From a cyanobacterium endosymbiont of Rhopalodia gibba (GTDB lineage Bacteria > Cyanobacteriota > Cyanobacteriia > Cyanobacteriales > Microcystaceae): DNA of 64,000 nt. Shown piece by piece: positions 1 to 11,652 of the stretch. The stretch is taken from contig CP067995.1 in NCBI GenBank assembly GCA_045159875.1, positions 1,920,001 to 1,984,000 on the forward strand, read 5' to 3'. How positions within the stretch are numbered: position 1 is the stretch's first letter; every line of letters begins with the position of its first letter. The translations under genes and the position numbers were made by a program. The notes under the pieces are model-generated. The model worked only from the letters and a program-made list of their open reading frames with translations. It was not told the DNA's origin and did not search any database.

Positions 1-1073
1 CTAATTTTAACTTGCATTTCTTTTAGTTTAAAGGACAGATGGAAAGTGGAAGACGCGAAGAGAAATAACCATTTTTTAGAAAAAGGTTATTTCGTAATTT
101 TTGGATATTTGCAAGAGAAATGACTTACCCTTTTGATGTTAATTATACTCTTCATTATGGGGATATTATGACAAGTCGTTAATCTATATAATTGCTCTCT
201 TAGCCTCCAGTATAAGATTTTCACTAAAAAACAAATCTAGTTATTAGCTACTATTGTCATAACCCTACTTTTTTTTATAAGCATTAACTTCTAAGTATAG
301 CCCTTTTTTGCGTTAGCACTTGGAGATTAGGACTAGCTTTTGGACAACTTTATCATTTCTGTATACTTGATGAGTTTAGATATTATTTGTATAATAAATT
401 GGGGCTAATTAGTAGTCTGTCAATACACAAGATATTGAGAAAAAATAAATTGCTATTACTTGTAATGATAAAAAAAATATCTTGTGTCAACAAATAATAA
501 ACTTTGCTTGTTTCTACTTTATTAAAATAATTTAACAAATCTCCTTTGAAAATGTATCATGTATTTTTTATTGTCATAGATTCATCCTAACTGGAGTTTT
601 CTTTGTTTTCTTGTGTTAGGCAATATTTGATTTGTCAAATTCTTGATCAGCTACTGTCAATCCATTTTTTTACTATGGAATAGATAGATAAGAAAGTAGA
701 TCTTATCGTAAATTTTAGCTTAAATCTGAATGTGAAGTTAGTTGTTCTATGTAAATACTCATTATTTTTAACTCAGTAGCAATAGTTTATGGAATAAATA
801 GAGATATTTACTCTGCCAAAATACTGCTTTTATCTCATCTTTTTACTATTTAATAAGTCAAAAAAAATTCAGTTAGAATATTACTGTAATTTTTTATTTA
901 GTTGTCCAAAATAAGTTTGCAGTAACTTAATACTAAAAATATTTAATGTAAAGATAATTATTATGATAACTTTAGTCCTATAATCATTTTTCTAAAATTT
1001 TATAATTGATTGGCTCTTATGCTAACTTAGCTTGACGAAAAGAATGTAATTAACACCAGTTAGTCCAGTAGGA

Positions 1074-1093
1074 GTTATGCCTTAAGGCATAAC
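1074..1093. repeat. Perfect 20-bp palindrome GTTATGCCTT|AAGGCATAAC
   Basis: Read directly; no spacer. Confidence 0.9.
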
Positions 1094-1431
1094 GGATTAA
1101 TATTAATTTCTAGAAGAAGATAACAATGCTCTTATACAAGAACTAAGTACTAGCTTATACAAAAAATAAGCGTTAAAGTCAATGTACTTATTATACATTG
1201 TTTAGTCCAAAAACTTAAGTTAGCATCGAGAAGATTCTTAATTCCTCGAAAGCTTACATAAATAGGGTAGGGGTCAAACTCAAAGAAGGGAATCTTTGAC
1301 TACACTTGTACAACTTAAATTTTTAGACCTAGTTTTGAATAACAAAATTGGAGTTTATCTAGCTATGACTCGTCACTGCACCAGAGCAACCAAAGGAAAA
1401 CAAGCTTACGGGAAAGTCCCAATAGTTGAGG

Positions 1432-1469
1432 AAAATACTACCTACGTTAATTAACGTAGGTAGTATTTT
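1432..1469. repeat. Perfect 38-bp palindrome AAAATACTACCTACGTTAA|TTAACGTAGGTAGTATTTT
   Basis: Read directly; 19-bp arms, no spacer, inside the IS630 relic. Confidence 0.95.
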
Positions 1470-1984
1470 TATTTTTTGATTTTTTTATACTCTTTAAAGA
1501 TGAATAAGTAAGGAAGTTTTTCTTACTTATGTTACATAAGTACTTATATTATAATTCTGGATAGACATCTATCTAATTAGAGATAATTTATTAGTTAGTA
1601 AAAAAATAAAAAATAATAAAATATATAGAGTTAAAATTTGTATTTTTATATCCTAACTTAAACCCTATTAAAAATTTTTACTTAAAAATTAAAAAATATT
1701 TGTGAAGCCAAGAATCTCAGAATTCTAAAGGACTCAATCAAGCTATCTATTTAGCAACTATCGACATTTTGTTATAGTGCTCAGAAAGTCTACTTGATTA
1801 CAAACATGGTCATAGAAAACCTTTAAAGCACTCAGTTTAATCAATTCCACCATAAGTTTATTAATGTAATTCTGCCTTGACTTTCAGTTTACTGCTGATC
1901 GTTCAGACCCTCCAGGCTTCTTATTTTTGATAATCCTAAGTTTTTGTCCGCAAAATTAGCATGACTTTAATCATCAAAGGTATT

Positions 1985-2995
1985 TCATTGCATCCACTTG
2001 TTTTATCAACTCATTCCAAAACTAATAAACTTGTTTAAAATCAGTATCATCGCTCATTTTTTCTTAATAAATCCGATTAGAATAGGGAACTAATTTTAAT
2101 GCTACTTCCGAGATATCTGAGATATTTGAATTATCCTCTCTAGCCTCTATCGCCACTGTTTTGATAATTTATTGATACTTTTTTGGTAACCCACCCCAAA
2201 CAGTTTCATTAATTTAAATTCCTAAAACTGTGTTTGGTTGCCACTATACTGGGATAGTAATAATAAAAGTCAACTTTAATTTGAACCTAGTTTTTCATCC
2301 TTAATCAGGGCATATCCATTCTACTGTATTAATCGCCTCTGCATTTAGGGCTAGAAAAATTCTTCCCGGTAAAACTTAAACATCAACCTCAAAACTGGAA
2401 ATTATCTCACTTCCAAACCAGAAATATGTATTTTTGACTCTTTGAGATCTCTTACAAGCTTAACTTCTATTTTAAATTATCCCTCCATTTTTGTGTATTT
2501 GTGCCCCGTATTGCCAGTCAGGAAATTAATCACATTAAAATCAGCACAAAGCCTATGCATAACTTCGAGTCCACTTCTGTGATACAGCCAAAAACTGTAT
2601 TGTTAATAACTTAACTCGAAAGGCATAGACTTCCCAAACCCTAAAACTAGATTGCTGCCTATATAACAATGACTTGCTGTGTATCTAGATTCAAAGGTAT
2701 TTTGTTGTACCACATAGAGAACCTATAACCTTAGTACAATTCCTTTCCTTGCATAGGCAATAATAGTAAACTTTTCTTTCGTCGATATCCAGAACTTGAT
2801 TGCAAACTGTTTGCACTCCCCAAAAGTGTATAGAGGAACTTAGTCCAACTAGTGGCCACTTCCACCAAAAATAGGGTAAGCTATTTCTTGTTACTTCTTT
2901 TGAGTTAGATCGAGCATTACAAGAGTTAAAAATCCTAGTAGTGGCAGCTATTCGACATTACTAAATAAAAGAAAAGAGCGGCGGTTCGTTTATAT
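1985..2995 (-). pseudogene. dctP: TRAP transporter substrate-binding protein (DctP/TakP type) pseudogene
   Basis: Minus-strand fragments GVQTVCNQV, YTASHCYIGSN, WLYHRSGLEVMHRLCADFNVINFLTGNTG, VLPGRIFLAL, DEKLG, FYYYYP and VWGGLPKKYQ follow the motif order of cyanobacterial TRAP DctP proteins. Numerous stops and frameshifts. Confidence 0.8.
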
Positions 2996-3205
2996 ATGGA
3001 TAAATTATTAATGGTTTTCTTACTAAATTAGTATTCAATAAGAGTCATCGACTATGTCAAAGTTTATATTAATTTATAAGTCTCCTAATCAAATTAAATG
3101 AAAGGTTGGTATTGTCTAGCAACAGGCTTTTGTTCGTTAACTTATCCTGAAATTTCTGTTAAAATGGACTGAACATATAACTTAACTTTTGTTAAAAACA
3201 TTATT

Positions 3206-4639
3206 ATGTTTAATTGGTTTGACCGTAAAGTTGAAACGCCGGCTAAATCTCAAAAATCAAAACCTATTGAAGAAAAAACTCCTCCTGATTCTTCACGAGC
3301 CCAAAAACCAATCCTAGAACAAACATCCCAGCCAAGTCAAGAGGATTATCTTACCTGGGCTAAGTTCGCTTATAAAAACATTCAACAATGCAAAGAAGAG
3401 TCTCAATCAGAAGAAACTCTAGAAACGTTTGAAACTGAAGCTGATTTACAACAAGAAAAAACTACAAAAATCGAGCCCTCAAAGACTCCTAAACCCTCAA
3501 AACAAGAAGTTAGGAAAGAACCTGCTTCTGTTGAAGAAAGAACCACACCTGCTTGGCTACAAAAATCTGATCGTTTAGAAATCCTTAAGGAAACAGCGAT
3601 AGAGACGGAAAAGGGAGAAGAATCAGAATTAGTCTTGGATGAAGAATTTATCTGGTCAGTCAAAGTTCTTGCGGCTCAAGGCCGTGCACCTAAAGATATT
3701 TCTGCAGAAGAGATCAGCTGGTTAAAAAAACTACGTGAAGGACTTGGTAAAACCCGTCGAGGGTTAGTTAACAAACTTAAAGCGATTGTTGGCCAAGGAC
3801 CCCTTGACCAGGATGCGGTAACAGAAATTGAAGCTCTGTTGCTGCAAGCAGATGTAGGGTTAGAGGCTACTGATTATATCATCGCAAGTTTACAAAGTAG
3901 ACTTCGCGAAGAGACATTACCCCCCGAACAGGCAATTGCCTATCTTAAAGAAATTCTACGCGATATTCTTGATGCTCCCTTAAAACAAATAAAGAATCCA
4001 GGGTTTGCTCCTGAGAAAGATACCCTCAATATTTGGTTAATGACAGGGGTTAATGGTGCTGGTAAAACAACCACTATTGGAAAACTCGCTTATTTATCCC
4101 GACAATCTGGTTATAGCTGTATAATTGCTGCGGCGGATACTTTTCGAGCAGCAGCTGTGGAACAGGTAAAAGTATGGGGACAGAGAAGTAATACTCTAGT
4201 CATCGCCAACCCAGGCAAAAATACTGATCCGGCGGCAGTAGTATTTGATGGCATTGTGGCTGCCCAATCTCGCCAGACAGAACTCTTGTTAGTAGATACA
4301 GCAGGACGGTTACAAAATAAAAAGAATCTAATGGAAGAATTATCTAAAATTAGGCGAATTATTGACAAAAAAGCCCCTAATGCTCAAGTTGAAGCTTTAC
4401 TAGTTCTTGATGCTACTCTAGGACAGAACGGATTACGCCAAGCTGAAGTTTTCTCAAAATCAGCCAACTTAACGGGAGTGGTGTTAACTAAGTTGGATGG
4501 AACTGCTAAAGGTGGGATAGCCTTAGCAGTTTCTCAAAAATTTAATTTACCTATTCGCTTTATCAGTGCGGGAGAAGAAATTGAAGATTTACGTCCTTTT
4601 TCTAGTTACGAATTTGTAGAGGCCTTACTCAATGCCTGA
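3206..4639 (+). CDS. ftsY: Signal recognition particle receptor FtsY
   Basis: Acidic N-terminus, GVNGAGKTTT P-loop, DTFRAAA, DTAGR and TKLDGTAKGG motifs. Confidence 0.97.
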   Translation: MFNWFDRKVETPAKSQKSKPIEEKTPPDSSRAQKPILEQTSQPSQEDYLTWAKFAYKNIQQCKEESQSEETLETFETEADLQQEKTTKIEPSKTPKPSKQEVRKEPASVEERTTPAWLQKSDRLEILKETAIETEKGEESELVLDEEFIWSVKVLAAQGRAPKDISAEEISWLKKLREGLGKTRRGLVNKLKAIVGQGPLDQDAVTEIEALLLQADVGLEATDYIIASLQSRLREETLPPEQAIAYLKEILRDILDAPLKQIKNPGFAPEKDTLNIWLMTGVNGAGKTTTIGKLAYLSRQSGYSCIIAAADTFRAAAVEQVKVWGQRSNTLVIANPGKNTDPAAVVFDGIVAAQSRQTELLLVDTAGRLQNKKNLMEELSKIRRIIDKKAPNAQVEALLVLDATLGQNGLRQAEVFSKSANLTGVVLTKLDGTAKGGIALAVSQKFNLPIRFISAGEEIEDLRPFSSYEFVEALLNA

Positions 4640-4859
4640 CATCTCCAAGAATTTTAGTCCTTAGGTAAGCATTGTCCAACTTATTTTTATTGATCGAACT
4701 TTAGTAATTACTCGCAAGTTGATTGTTTGTATAGAATCTACTAATGTGTTAGAGACACAATAACACTAGTAAACTGATACTTTCAACTGTAGCTACACGT
4801 AATATTAAATGTTATTAGTTAAGGTAAGTTGGACTAATGTTACTATCTAAAAATAAGTA

Positions 4860-4879
4860 CTTGTATACGCGTATACAAG
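4860..4879. repeat. Perfect 20-bp palindrome CTTGTATACG|CGTATACAAG
   Basis: Read directly. Confidence 0.9.
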
Positions 4880-6784
4880 ATTAATAGTGTTTCTACTTTT
4901 GAGATTTTTTAACAGAGTTATAGATTTGACAAAAGTGCTATATACCGAATTAACAATACAGTAAAAATGATCAAAGAAATTTAAATAATAATAGAATATT
5001 TTTTGTTGTAGTAGTATTATTTTTTATTTGATTCGTAAAGGTATTATTAATAATAAAGCTGATGTAATCTACCAATTTAACTCTGGTTATATTCAGACAA
5101 TTTTATTTTTTAGATATACAACATATAAAAAAATAAGACTTTTTTTACAAGATAAGTTTTATAAACTTTAATTAATAAATTTTTTTTCTGTGTAACATCG
5201 AAAATACTACAGAAATAGTCAACATTAATAGTTCTATCAAACTGGTGATGTTGAATGAAATAGTAAAATCTTAAGTTAAGAAACTTTGGAGTTAAAAATA
5301 GACTAGTTTTTTGAATCTATAAACTTTATTTTTGATCAACTTTAATTTATTATTAATACTTTTTACCGTTCCCTAAGTTGTTCTTTAGTCGAAATAGATA
5401 ATAAATTTTATAATCCAACGTCTAGTGTCTAGACTAATTTTTTTACGATTATTTCGCTACAATAAATAAGTTTTTTGACACAGGTTAGTCAAGTTCAATA
5501 GTCCTAATATTCAATCTTAATTTTTATCAAAGATATTTTTTATTGATATTATCAAGAAAATTTTAATAGAACTAAAATTCTCTTTAGTTTTGTCTATATA
5601 GAACTTTTAATTGAATTATTTTAAAATTATTTCTATCTTTTGTTTACTCATTCTATTTCTTTTTTAAAGCGAATTCACTCTTCTATAAATTTATTTTTAC
5701 GTTGATTAAATCCAATTCAACGACGATTAATTATGAGATGCAAGATTTTTTTTAATTCAAGTAATTTCTTAATAGTTAATTTATGATTATAAAATATCTT
5801 AGATGTAGACTTTTTTAAATGTTTTTTACTGCTGTAAAAATAAATTTTAATTGCAATTAAAAAATAAAAAAATTAATAAGTTTTAAAAAAAATTAAATAT
5901 AATCAATAGTAAACTTTTTTATTAACTGATAAATCTTTTAAGAAATAATCTAACTAATTAAAATTAAGACTAGTAGATCGAGGAATATAAACATAATTCA
6001 AAATAATTTGTTTGAGAGAAAAAATATGTAAAAAAGTTTGGAGTCTCGTTCAAGAAAGATCAACTTCTCCAATAAAGCTACAGGGTTGTAAATAGTCATA
6101 TACTTATATATTTATTAAATTTTTTACGAAAAAACTCTATAGTATTAAGTCCAAAGAGGGGATATAAAATAGTTGAGTTTAGTTAATAAATATTCGATTA
6201 AGAATATAGCTCTATCTAAAAAAAGTCTTATTGATATAAGCGAGTCTCGTCTAGTTTTATATCAATAATAGAAAAATTTATTCATAAATTGCTAGAGGGT
6301 ATTTGCTGGCTTTCTATTCATAATTAAAGCTAATACAAAGATTGTGGATGTTAATAGACAAGCCTTGAGTTAATGAAGATTTTTGAACAGTTGATGAGAT
6401 GGAATAAGTATTACTGAATTGTTGTAATATCTTCAGTTAAATAAAAAAAGAAATTAAGAATCTAACTTATTAGAATTGGCTAAATTTTTAATTTCTTTTT
6501 CTGGGAGGATATATCCGTCAGATTTCGTATCAGACAATAAGTAAAGAAGTTAACATAATTGTAGTTTATTTTGAAAATCGACCTTCCGAAGGAAGTGATA
6601 GAAAATATTAATCAGAAAATTAAATTAATTATAAAGATAAGCTTATGGCTAAATTAACTTCGATAGTCTTAGAAGAAAAGTTTGATCAAACTAGTATTTC
6701 TCCTGTGAACTTATGACACTTAATCTAGAAGAGTTTTATTCATTAATATTTTCTGAGTTCAACCTAAAAATTAGAGTTTAAAAA

Positions 6785-8302
6785 TTAGGGCAACCATTGA
6801 GGACGAAATCCAATTAGAGGTAATTCTTTCAGTTCCACTTGAGTATTCGAAGTATTCTGTATTGGTGGAATCAGTAGCCATAATTGTCCGCCGACAATTG
6901 CTTCTCCTGAATTACTAGTTAATTTATCATTAAAAATGGGATTGTCACTAGTTACAACCTGATCAAATAAAAGAGCTAAACCGTCGGGAGCTAAACTAAT
7001 TTTTATATCCCGATAGTCGGATAAAGTCGCTAAAGGGACCATAGCTCCTTTTTTAAGATCAAACTTTGCAAAATAAGGTTGTTCTTTATATTCTTCAGTA
7101 TTTACCAATTCGGTTAGTAAACAATAAAGAATAGTTCCCTTTAAATTAAACTGACAATCAATGATAGACCCTTCAGTTGTTAGGAGTTCTTTTTGTACCC
7201 CTTGATTGTTCACATAAAAAAGTGATCGCATGTAACGCAAATTAGCATCATCTGTATTAAAGTCTACCATAGCTGCCGCTGAACCATTAGGAGCAAAATT
7301 GAGTAATTGTCCGAATTTTGGCAAAAAATCTAAGGGTTCAGCCTGAGGTTCTAAGGGTAAAATGCCAATTCCTTCTCCCCTAGCTACTGCTAACGTCTGG
7401 CTATCAGGAGTGATGGAAAACTCTCCCCCCGTTACTTTTAAACGTTCTGGTTTATCTCCATATTTCAGCATCCACAGATCAAAATCAGCTGGATTTTTGC
7501 GGTTAATTCGTTGTATTACAATAATTTTCCCATTATCTGATAAATCAAATTGGTTATTTTGATAGTCTTCATTATCAAGTATCAGTTCTATTTTCCCTGG
7601 GTGGTTAGCCGTAGGGTTATCCACCCCATTATCAACTCCTGTTGTCACTTTATACAGTTGTAATTCTCGTAATCCCTCAATTCCTCGCCCTTGAGGTGCA
7701 GCGGAAAACAGGATGTAGTCACCTTGGGGATAAAATTCAAAGTCAATGACAACTAGCTCTCTAGGAGTCAAAATTCTCTTATTCTGTCGGGTTAAATTAT
7801 AAAAAACCAGTCTTCCTTCTTCTTCCCCTTGAGTTCCAATGTAAGCTAAAGCGCGATCACGACTTTGAAACTCTCCCAGAAATGGTTCCATTACTTCCCC
7901 GGGTCGTCCTTGTTGTCTAAATCGTTCCCTGGCCCCAGAAAGATGGATTTGATAGGTTTGTCCGTAGGGTACCGGATTTTTTAAGGTGTAAGCTAGTCGT
8001 CGTCCAGCCCAACTAAATTTACCAGGAACAGGAGGATCAATCACTAAATTCTTTTCAACACTAACAGTATCCATCGGGCGATCAAAGGTTAAAATAAATG
8101 CTCGATCTTTTGCCCCAATTTGCTTATTTTGCCATGTCAAATTTTTGACTCGAGGTCCTTTTCTTAAAAAACATTGACTTCCACAGTTTTTTTCTCCTAT
8201 GACCAACCCTCCAATTACAAACATTAAAGCTGCCATTATAAATAAAGAAATTCTGTCAATAGGTCGCAATACTAACTTATTCATAAGAATATGGTCAAAC
8301 AA
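6785..8302 (-). CDS. Membrane-anchored Ig-like (Big_5-type) and TolB-like beta-propeller protein
   Basis: N-terminal TM helix, FILTFDRPMD..SVE Ig-like motif, repeated F.PDG/ISLAPDG propeller motifs. Third gene of the TIGR03943 cluster. Confidence 0.75.
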   Translation of the reverse strand: MFDHILMNKLVLRPIDRISLFIMAALMFVIGGLVIGEKNCGSQCFLRKGPRVKNLTWQNKQIGAKDRAFILTFDRPMDTVSVEKNLVIDPPVPGKFSWAGRRLAYTLKNPVPYGQTYQIHLSGARERFRQQGRPGEVMEPFLGEFQSRDRALAYIGTQGEEEGRLVFYNLTRQNKRILTPRELVVIDFEFYPQGDYILFSAAPQGRGIEGLRELQLYKVTTGVDNGVDNPTANHPGKIELILDNEDYQNNQFDLSDNGKIIVIQRINRKNPADFDLWMLKYGDKPERLKVTGGEFSITPDSQTLAVARGEGIGILPLEPQAEPLDFLPKFGQLLNFAPNGSAAAMVDFNTDDANLRYMRSLFYVNNQGVQKELLTTEGSIIDCQFNLKGTILYCLLTELVNTEEYKEQPYFAKFDLKKGAMVPLATLSDYRDIKISLAPDGLALLFDQVVTSDNPIFNDKLTSNSGEAIVGGQLWLLIPPIQNTSNTQVELKELPLIGFRPQWLP

Positions 8303-8337
8303 CAGTTAATTTCTTTTCAAGAAAGTTGTGTTTCAGT

Positions 8338-9186
8338 TTAATATTCATAAGGAGAATCAGGAGTTGGAATAGTCTTAATAGACGTAGCTTCTAACACCAA
8401 TTGACGTTTTTCAGTAGAGGTTTCTTTCATAGTTTGTGTATCAACTTTCAGAGTTTCTGTCATCATTAGTGCTTCTACTTCTAACCAAGTATCAGGAGGA
8501 TAAGCACTGCGATCACTCTCTAATTTTAAAGGCAACCCTACCGGATAAGCATCTACTGCACAACAAGTAATAATAAAACGACTTAGAAAAATGTAATTGT
8601 TAGGTAGAATAGGGGAGTGAACCACAAATCCTGTGACTTTAGCCTTTTGTCCTTCATAGGCATCAGGTTCGGGATAAGCATTCAAGGTACGTATCCATTC
8701 TATGAGAGATCTTTCCTCTGGTTTTAAAGTAGCTCTAAAAGTTTGGGTTTGGGTTTGAGTGATGGGCAAAGATTCAGAAATTCCCCTTTGTAGTGCCATT
8801 TGACTGTTGAAAATGGTTGGAGGAATCACTAGTCCAGCGATCGCTGTCACAATTAACAAACCACTGCTCCACCCAGGTGGAAATAAAGTAATATGTTGAA
8901 CGGACTCAAAATTTACTAAATTAGTGTTTTTTTTGCGTAAATTATTCATCAATTGCCAGGTTTTGAAACCAGCTAACGCAAAGAGAATAATGCTGGTGAC
9001 AAAAACCAGCCAAAAGTAATTAGGGTGAATCAATAACTTTAACTGACCAGTTACCCAATATTTAAACAATAAAATCGCCCAGGTCAGTAAGGCTAAAACA
9101 TCTAACCCTGGTAGAAGACGTTTCAAGAAAAATTGTAATTTCAAAGAAAAACTCATTATTATAGCTAATATCACCTGATTAGGCAC
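8338..9186 (-). CDS. TIGR03943 family putative permease subunit
   Basis: LLIHP motif, TM helices, RFIITCCAVDAYPVGL signature. Confidence 0.88.
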   Translation of the reverse strand: MPNQVILAIIMSFSLKLQFFLKRLLPGLDVLALLTWAILLFKYWVTGQLKLLIHPNYFWLVFVTSIILFALAGFKTWQLMNNLRKKNTNLVNFESVQHITLFPPGWSSGLLIVTAIAGLVIPPTIFNSQMALQRGISESLPITQTQTQTFRATLKPEERSLIEWIRTLNAYPEPDAYEGQKAKVTGFVVHSPILPNNYIFLSRFIITCCAVDAYPVGLPLKLESDRSAYPPDTWLEVEALMMTETLKVDTQTMKETSTEKRQLVLEATSIKTIPTPDSPYEY

Positions 9187-9196
9187 TGTTTTGATT

Positions 9197-10237
9197 TTAG
9201 AAGAAATAACTATGATGTAAGGCCAAGATAAAGGTTAATTGAGCAATTAAGACAAACAAATAAATCAGCATTCTGGGTTTAAAGATTGAAAGCATCAAGC
9301 CGATCGCTTTAATATCAATCATGGGACCAAAGACCAAAAACGCGAGCAAAGAACTTGTCGTAAAGGTAGACGCAAAGGAAAGGGCAAAAAAGGAATCTAC
9401 TGTTGAACAAATAGACACAATTGCCGCTAAGAGCATCATAGCTATGATAGAGCTAATGGTTCCCTGCCCTAAGTCAAGAATCATCTCACGGGGAACAAAG
9501 ACCTGTAAGCAAGCGGCAATCGAACTCCCTAAAATCAACATTCCTCCTAATTCTCTTAATTCTTGTATGACATTATCTAAAACTAGTTTAAGTCGTTTAG
9601 TTGAGTCTGGAGTTGAGTTTATGGATGAGGCAATGGCTGTTTCTGCCATTGCCTCGATTGACAAGGGTTTTCCTGGTTTATCAAGTAAAAAAGTTCCTGA
9701 CTGCAGTAATGTTAGACTATCTTGACGAAAGCCTTTTTGAGTTGACAAATTCCTTTTACTTGTCTGATCGCGTAATCTAGTGACTCGTTGGGCTAAAAAT
9801 GGTTGCAACAGAGTACGGGGATCTTTTTGGACGCTGAAAACACAACCCATGAACACAGCAATGCTTAAGGAAAATACGATCCTAAAAACAACAATTTCTG
9901 GTTGTGCCCGAAAAGCTACCCAGGTTGACCAAACAACAATAGGATTAATGGTCGGGGCAGCTAATAAAAAACCAATGGCTGCTGAGGTAGGTATCCCCTG
10001 CATCAACAGTCGTCGCGCTACTGGAACGTTTCCACATTCACACACTGGAAACAAAAAACCAATAAAACTGCCGGCTAATGCCCCTAAAAATGGGTTTTTA
10101 GGCAATGCTTCGATTAATTTTCTCTCATCAATCAATAGCAGTAAGCTACTTGATAGTAATACTCCTAATAAAAGAAAGGGAAAAGCTTCTATCAGCAGGC
10201 TAAGAAATAATGTGAAGGCGTTATACAGTTGACTCAT
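9197..10237 (-). CDS. Predicted permease (DUF318/ArsP-like)
   Basis: EAFPFLLLG, FPVCECGNVP, SICSTVDSF and GPMIDIK motifs. Confidence 0.88.
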   Translation of the reverse strand: MSQLYNAFTLFLSLLIEAFPFLLLGVLLSSSLLLLIDERKLIEALPKNPFLGALAGSFIGFLFPVCECGNVPVARRLLMQGIPTSAAIGFLLAAPTINPIVVWSTWVAFRAQPEIVVFRIVFSLSIAVFMGCVFSVQKDPRTLLQPFLAQRVTRLRDQTSKRNLSTQKGFRQDSLTLLQSGTFLLDKPGKPLSIEAMAETAIASSINSTPDSTKRLKLVLDNVIQELRELGGMLILGSSIAACLQVFVPREMILDLGQGTISSIIAMMLLAAIVSICSTVDSFFALSFASTFTTSSLLAFLVFGPMIDIKAIGLMLSIFKPRMLIYLFVLIAQLTFILALHHSYFF

Positions 10238-10390
10238 TATCAGTGATTCGAGGATTTCTTTAGGCTTAACTTATCCTAAACCTTAACGGATATGAGCATC
10301 TTGACAAATCCCTTGATTGGTTCATTAGGGAAGCCCGTGCCGCACACATTCATAGTTCAGTGTTGGTAGTATACTAATGCCCTACCTCCC

Positions 10391-11641
10391 CTACTTTGTT
10401 GAGACCGCCCGTAATAGTATAATAGGATTTAAAGGAGAAAACCGAGTTAAATTACCGGCGGAGGCAGAACGAGAAACTTGTAGGTTTAATAGCTGATAAT
10501 CCCAGGATTTTTTCTTAAACCAGTCCACAGCAATAGCTAAGTTTTCTAATGTCGCTAGTGCTATAACTAAGATTCCATCTTCAGCTAACCTATCTTTACA
10601 AACTTCTAAAATTGGAATAATGTTTCCCCCACTTCCTCCCATAAAAATACGATGCGGTTGGGGTAAATTAGCTAGAATATTGGGGGCTTTTCCATAAATG
10701 GGAACAACATTAAAAGCTTTAAGACGCTGGCAGTTTTTTTTAATTAATGCAATTCCGACTGCTGTTTTTTCTAGGGCATAAATTTTGGAATTAGGACATA
10801 ACCTGGCAATTTCAACAGATACAGACCCTGTTCCTGCACCAACATCCCAAACAATTTGTTTATTCTGTAGGGATAATTCTCCCAGAATGCTAATGCGAAT
10901 TTCTCGTTTTGTAATCAATCCTGGTCTATCTTTAAAGGTAGAAAATAAGTAATCCGGCAAGCCAAATAAAGGTAAGTGATTAAAATCAATTTCTAAAAAG
11001 TTATTTAAAGGCTGTTGTAAGGCAACAATAATATTAAGAGAGGCAAATACATCAGGGTTCTTTCCTGATAGTTCCTTGGCAGAAAAAGACTGTATCTTTT
11101 CCGAAGAATCTCCTAAATTTTCACAAACTAAAAATTTATAATCATAAGGCAAATTTAAACTAAGATAAAGACGAGCAATTACTGATGGATTATTATTGTG
11201 ATCTGTTAAGATAGCAATTTTGTTAACTCCTTGTTTAAATAGGGGAATCAAGTTATCTATTTCCCGTCCATGAACGCTAACAATTTTAGTATCTTGCCAG
11301 GGTATTTTTAGGCTATTAAATGCTAATTGTATACTACTTATATGAGGATAGAACGTTAAATCTTTTACTGGAAAATAATCTATTAATAATCGTCCTAACC
11401 CAAAAAAAAATGGGTCTCCACTCACTAAGATAACAATACAATTGTGATTGTCTTTTTCTTTATTAATTTTTTCGATAGTTTCAAGTAAATCCCTCATAAC
11501 TATTATTTGAGCAGGATGCTCAGAAAAGTAGCTTAAGTGCCGTTTACTTCCAACCAATAATGTAGCTTTATTGACAATTTCTTGCACTGGTTTAGTTAGT
11601 CCTATTACTCCGTTTAAACCAATTCCTATGACTTTAATCAT
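10391..11641 (-). CDS. cbiET: Bifunctional precorrin-6Y C5,15-methyltransferase CbiE/CbiT (CobL-like)
   Basis: SGDPFFFGLG, ITKREIR and WDVGAGTGSVSVE motifs. Confidence 0.93.
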   Translation of the reverse strand: MIKVIGIGLNGVIGLTKPVQEIVNKATLLVGSKRHLSYFSEHPAQIIVMRDLLETIEKINKEKDNHNCIVILVSGDPFFFGLGRLLIDYFPVKDLTFYPHISSIQLAFNSLKIPWQDTKIVSVHGREIDNLIPLFKQGVNKIAILTDHNNNPSVIARLYLSLNLPYDYKFLVCENLGDSSEKIQSFSAKELSGKNPDVFASLNIIVALQQPLNNFLEIDFNHLPLFGLPDYLFSTFKDRPGLITKREIRISILGELSLQNKQIVWDVGAGTGSVSVEIARLCPNSKIYALEKTAVGIALIKKNCQRLKAFNVVPIYGKAPNILANLPQPHRIFMGGSGGNIIPILEVCKDRLAEDGILVIALATLENLAIAVDWFKKKSWDYQLLNLQVSRSASAGNLTRFSPLNPIILLRAVSTK

Positions 11642-11652
11642 AACTATCTTTT

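Larger units (their letters stand above)
1000..1800 (+). mobile_element. IS630-family transposase relic (heavily decayed)
   Basis: Manual translation gives LEEDNNALIQELSTSLYKK..VKVNV..LVQKLKL, then GVYLAMTRHCTRATKGKQAYGK, RDNL and YPNLNPIKN. These match the HTH and DDE_3 segments of cyanobacterial IS630 transposases. Many stops and frameshifts; boundaries approximate. Confidence 0.7.

Noticed and set aside
5950..6720. Possible plus-strand pseudogene downstream of the Ig-like gene
   Set aside because: Some protein-like stretches (GYIRQISYQTISKEVNIIVVYFENRPS), but too degraded to assign or bound without a search.
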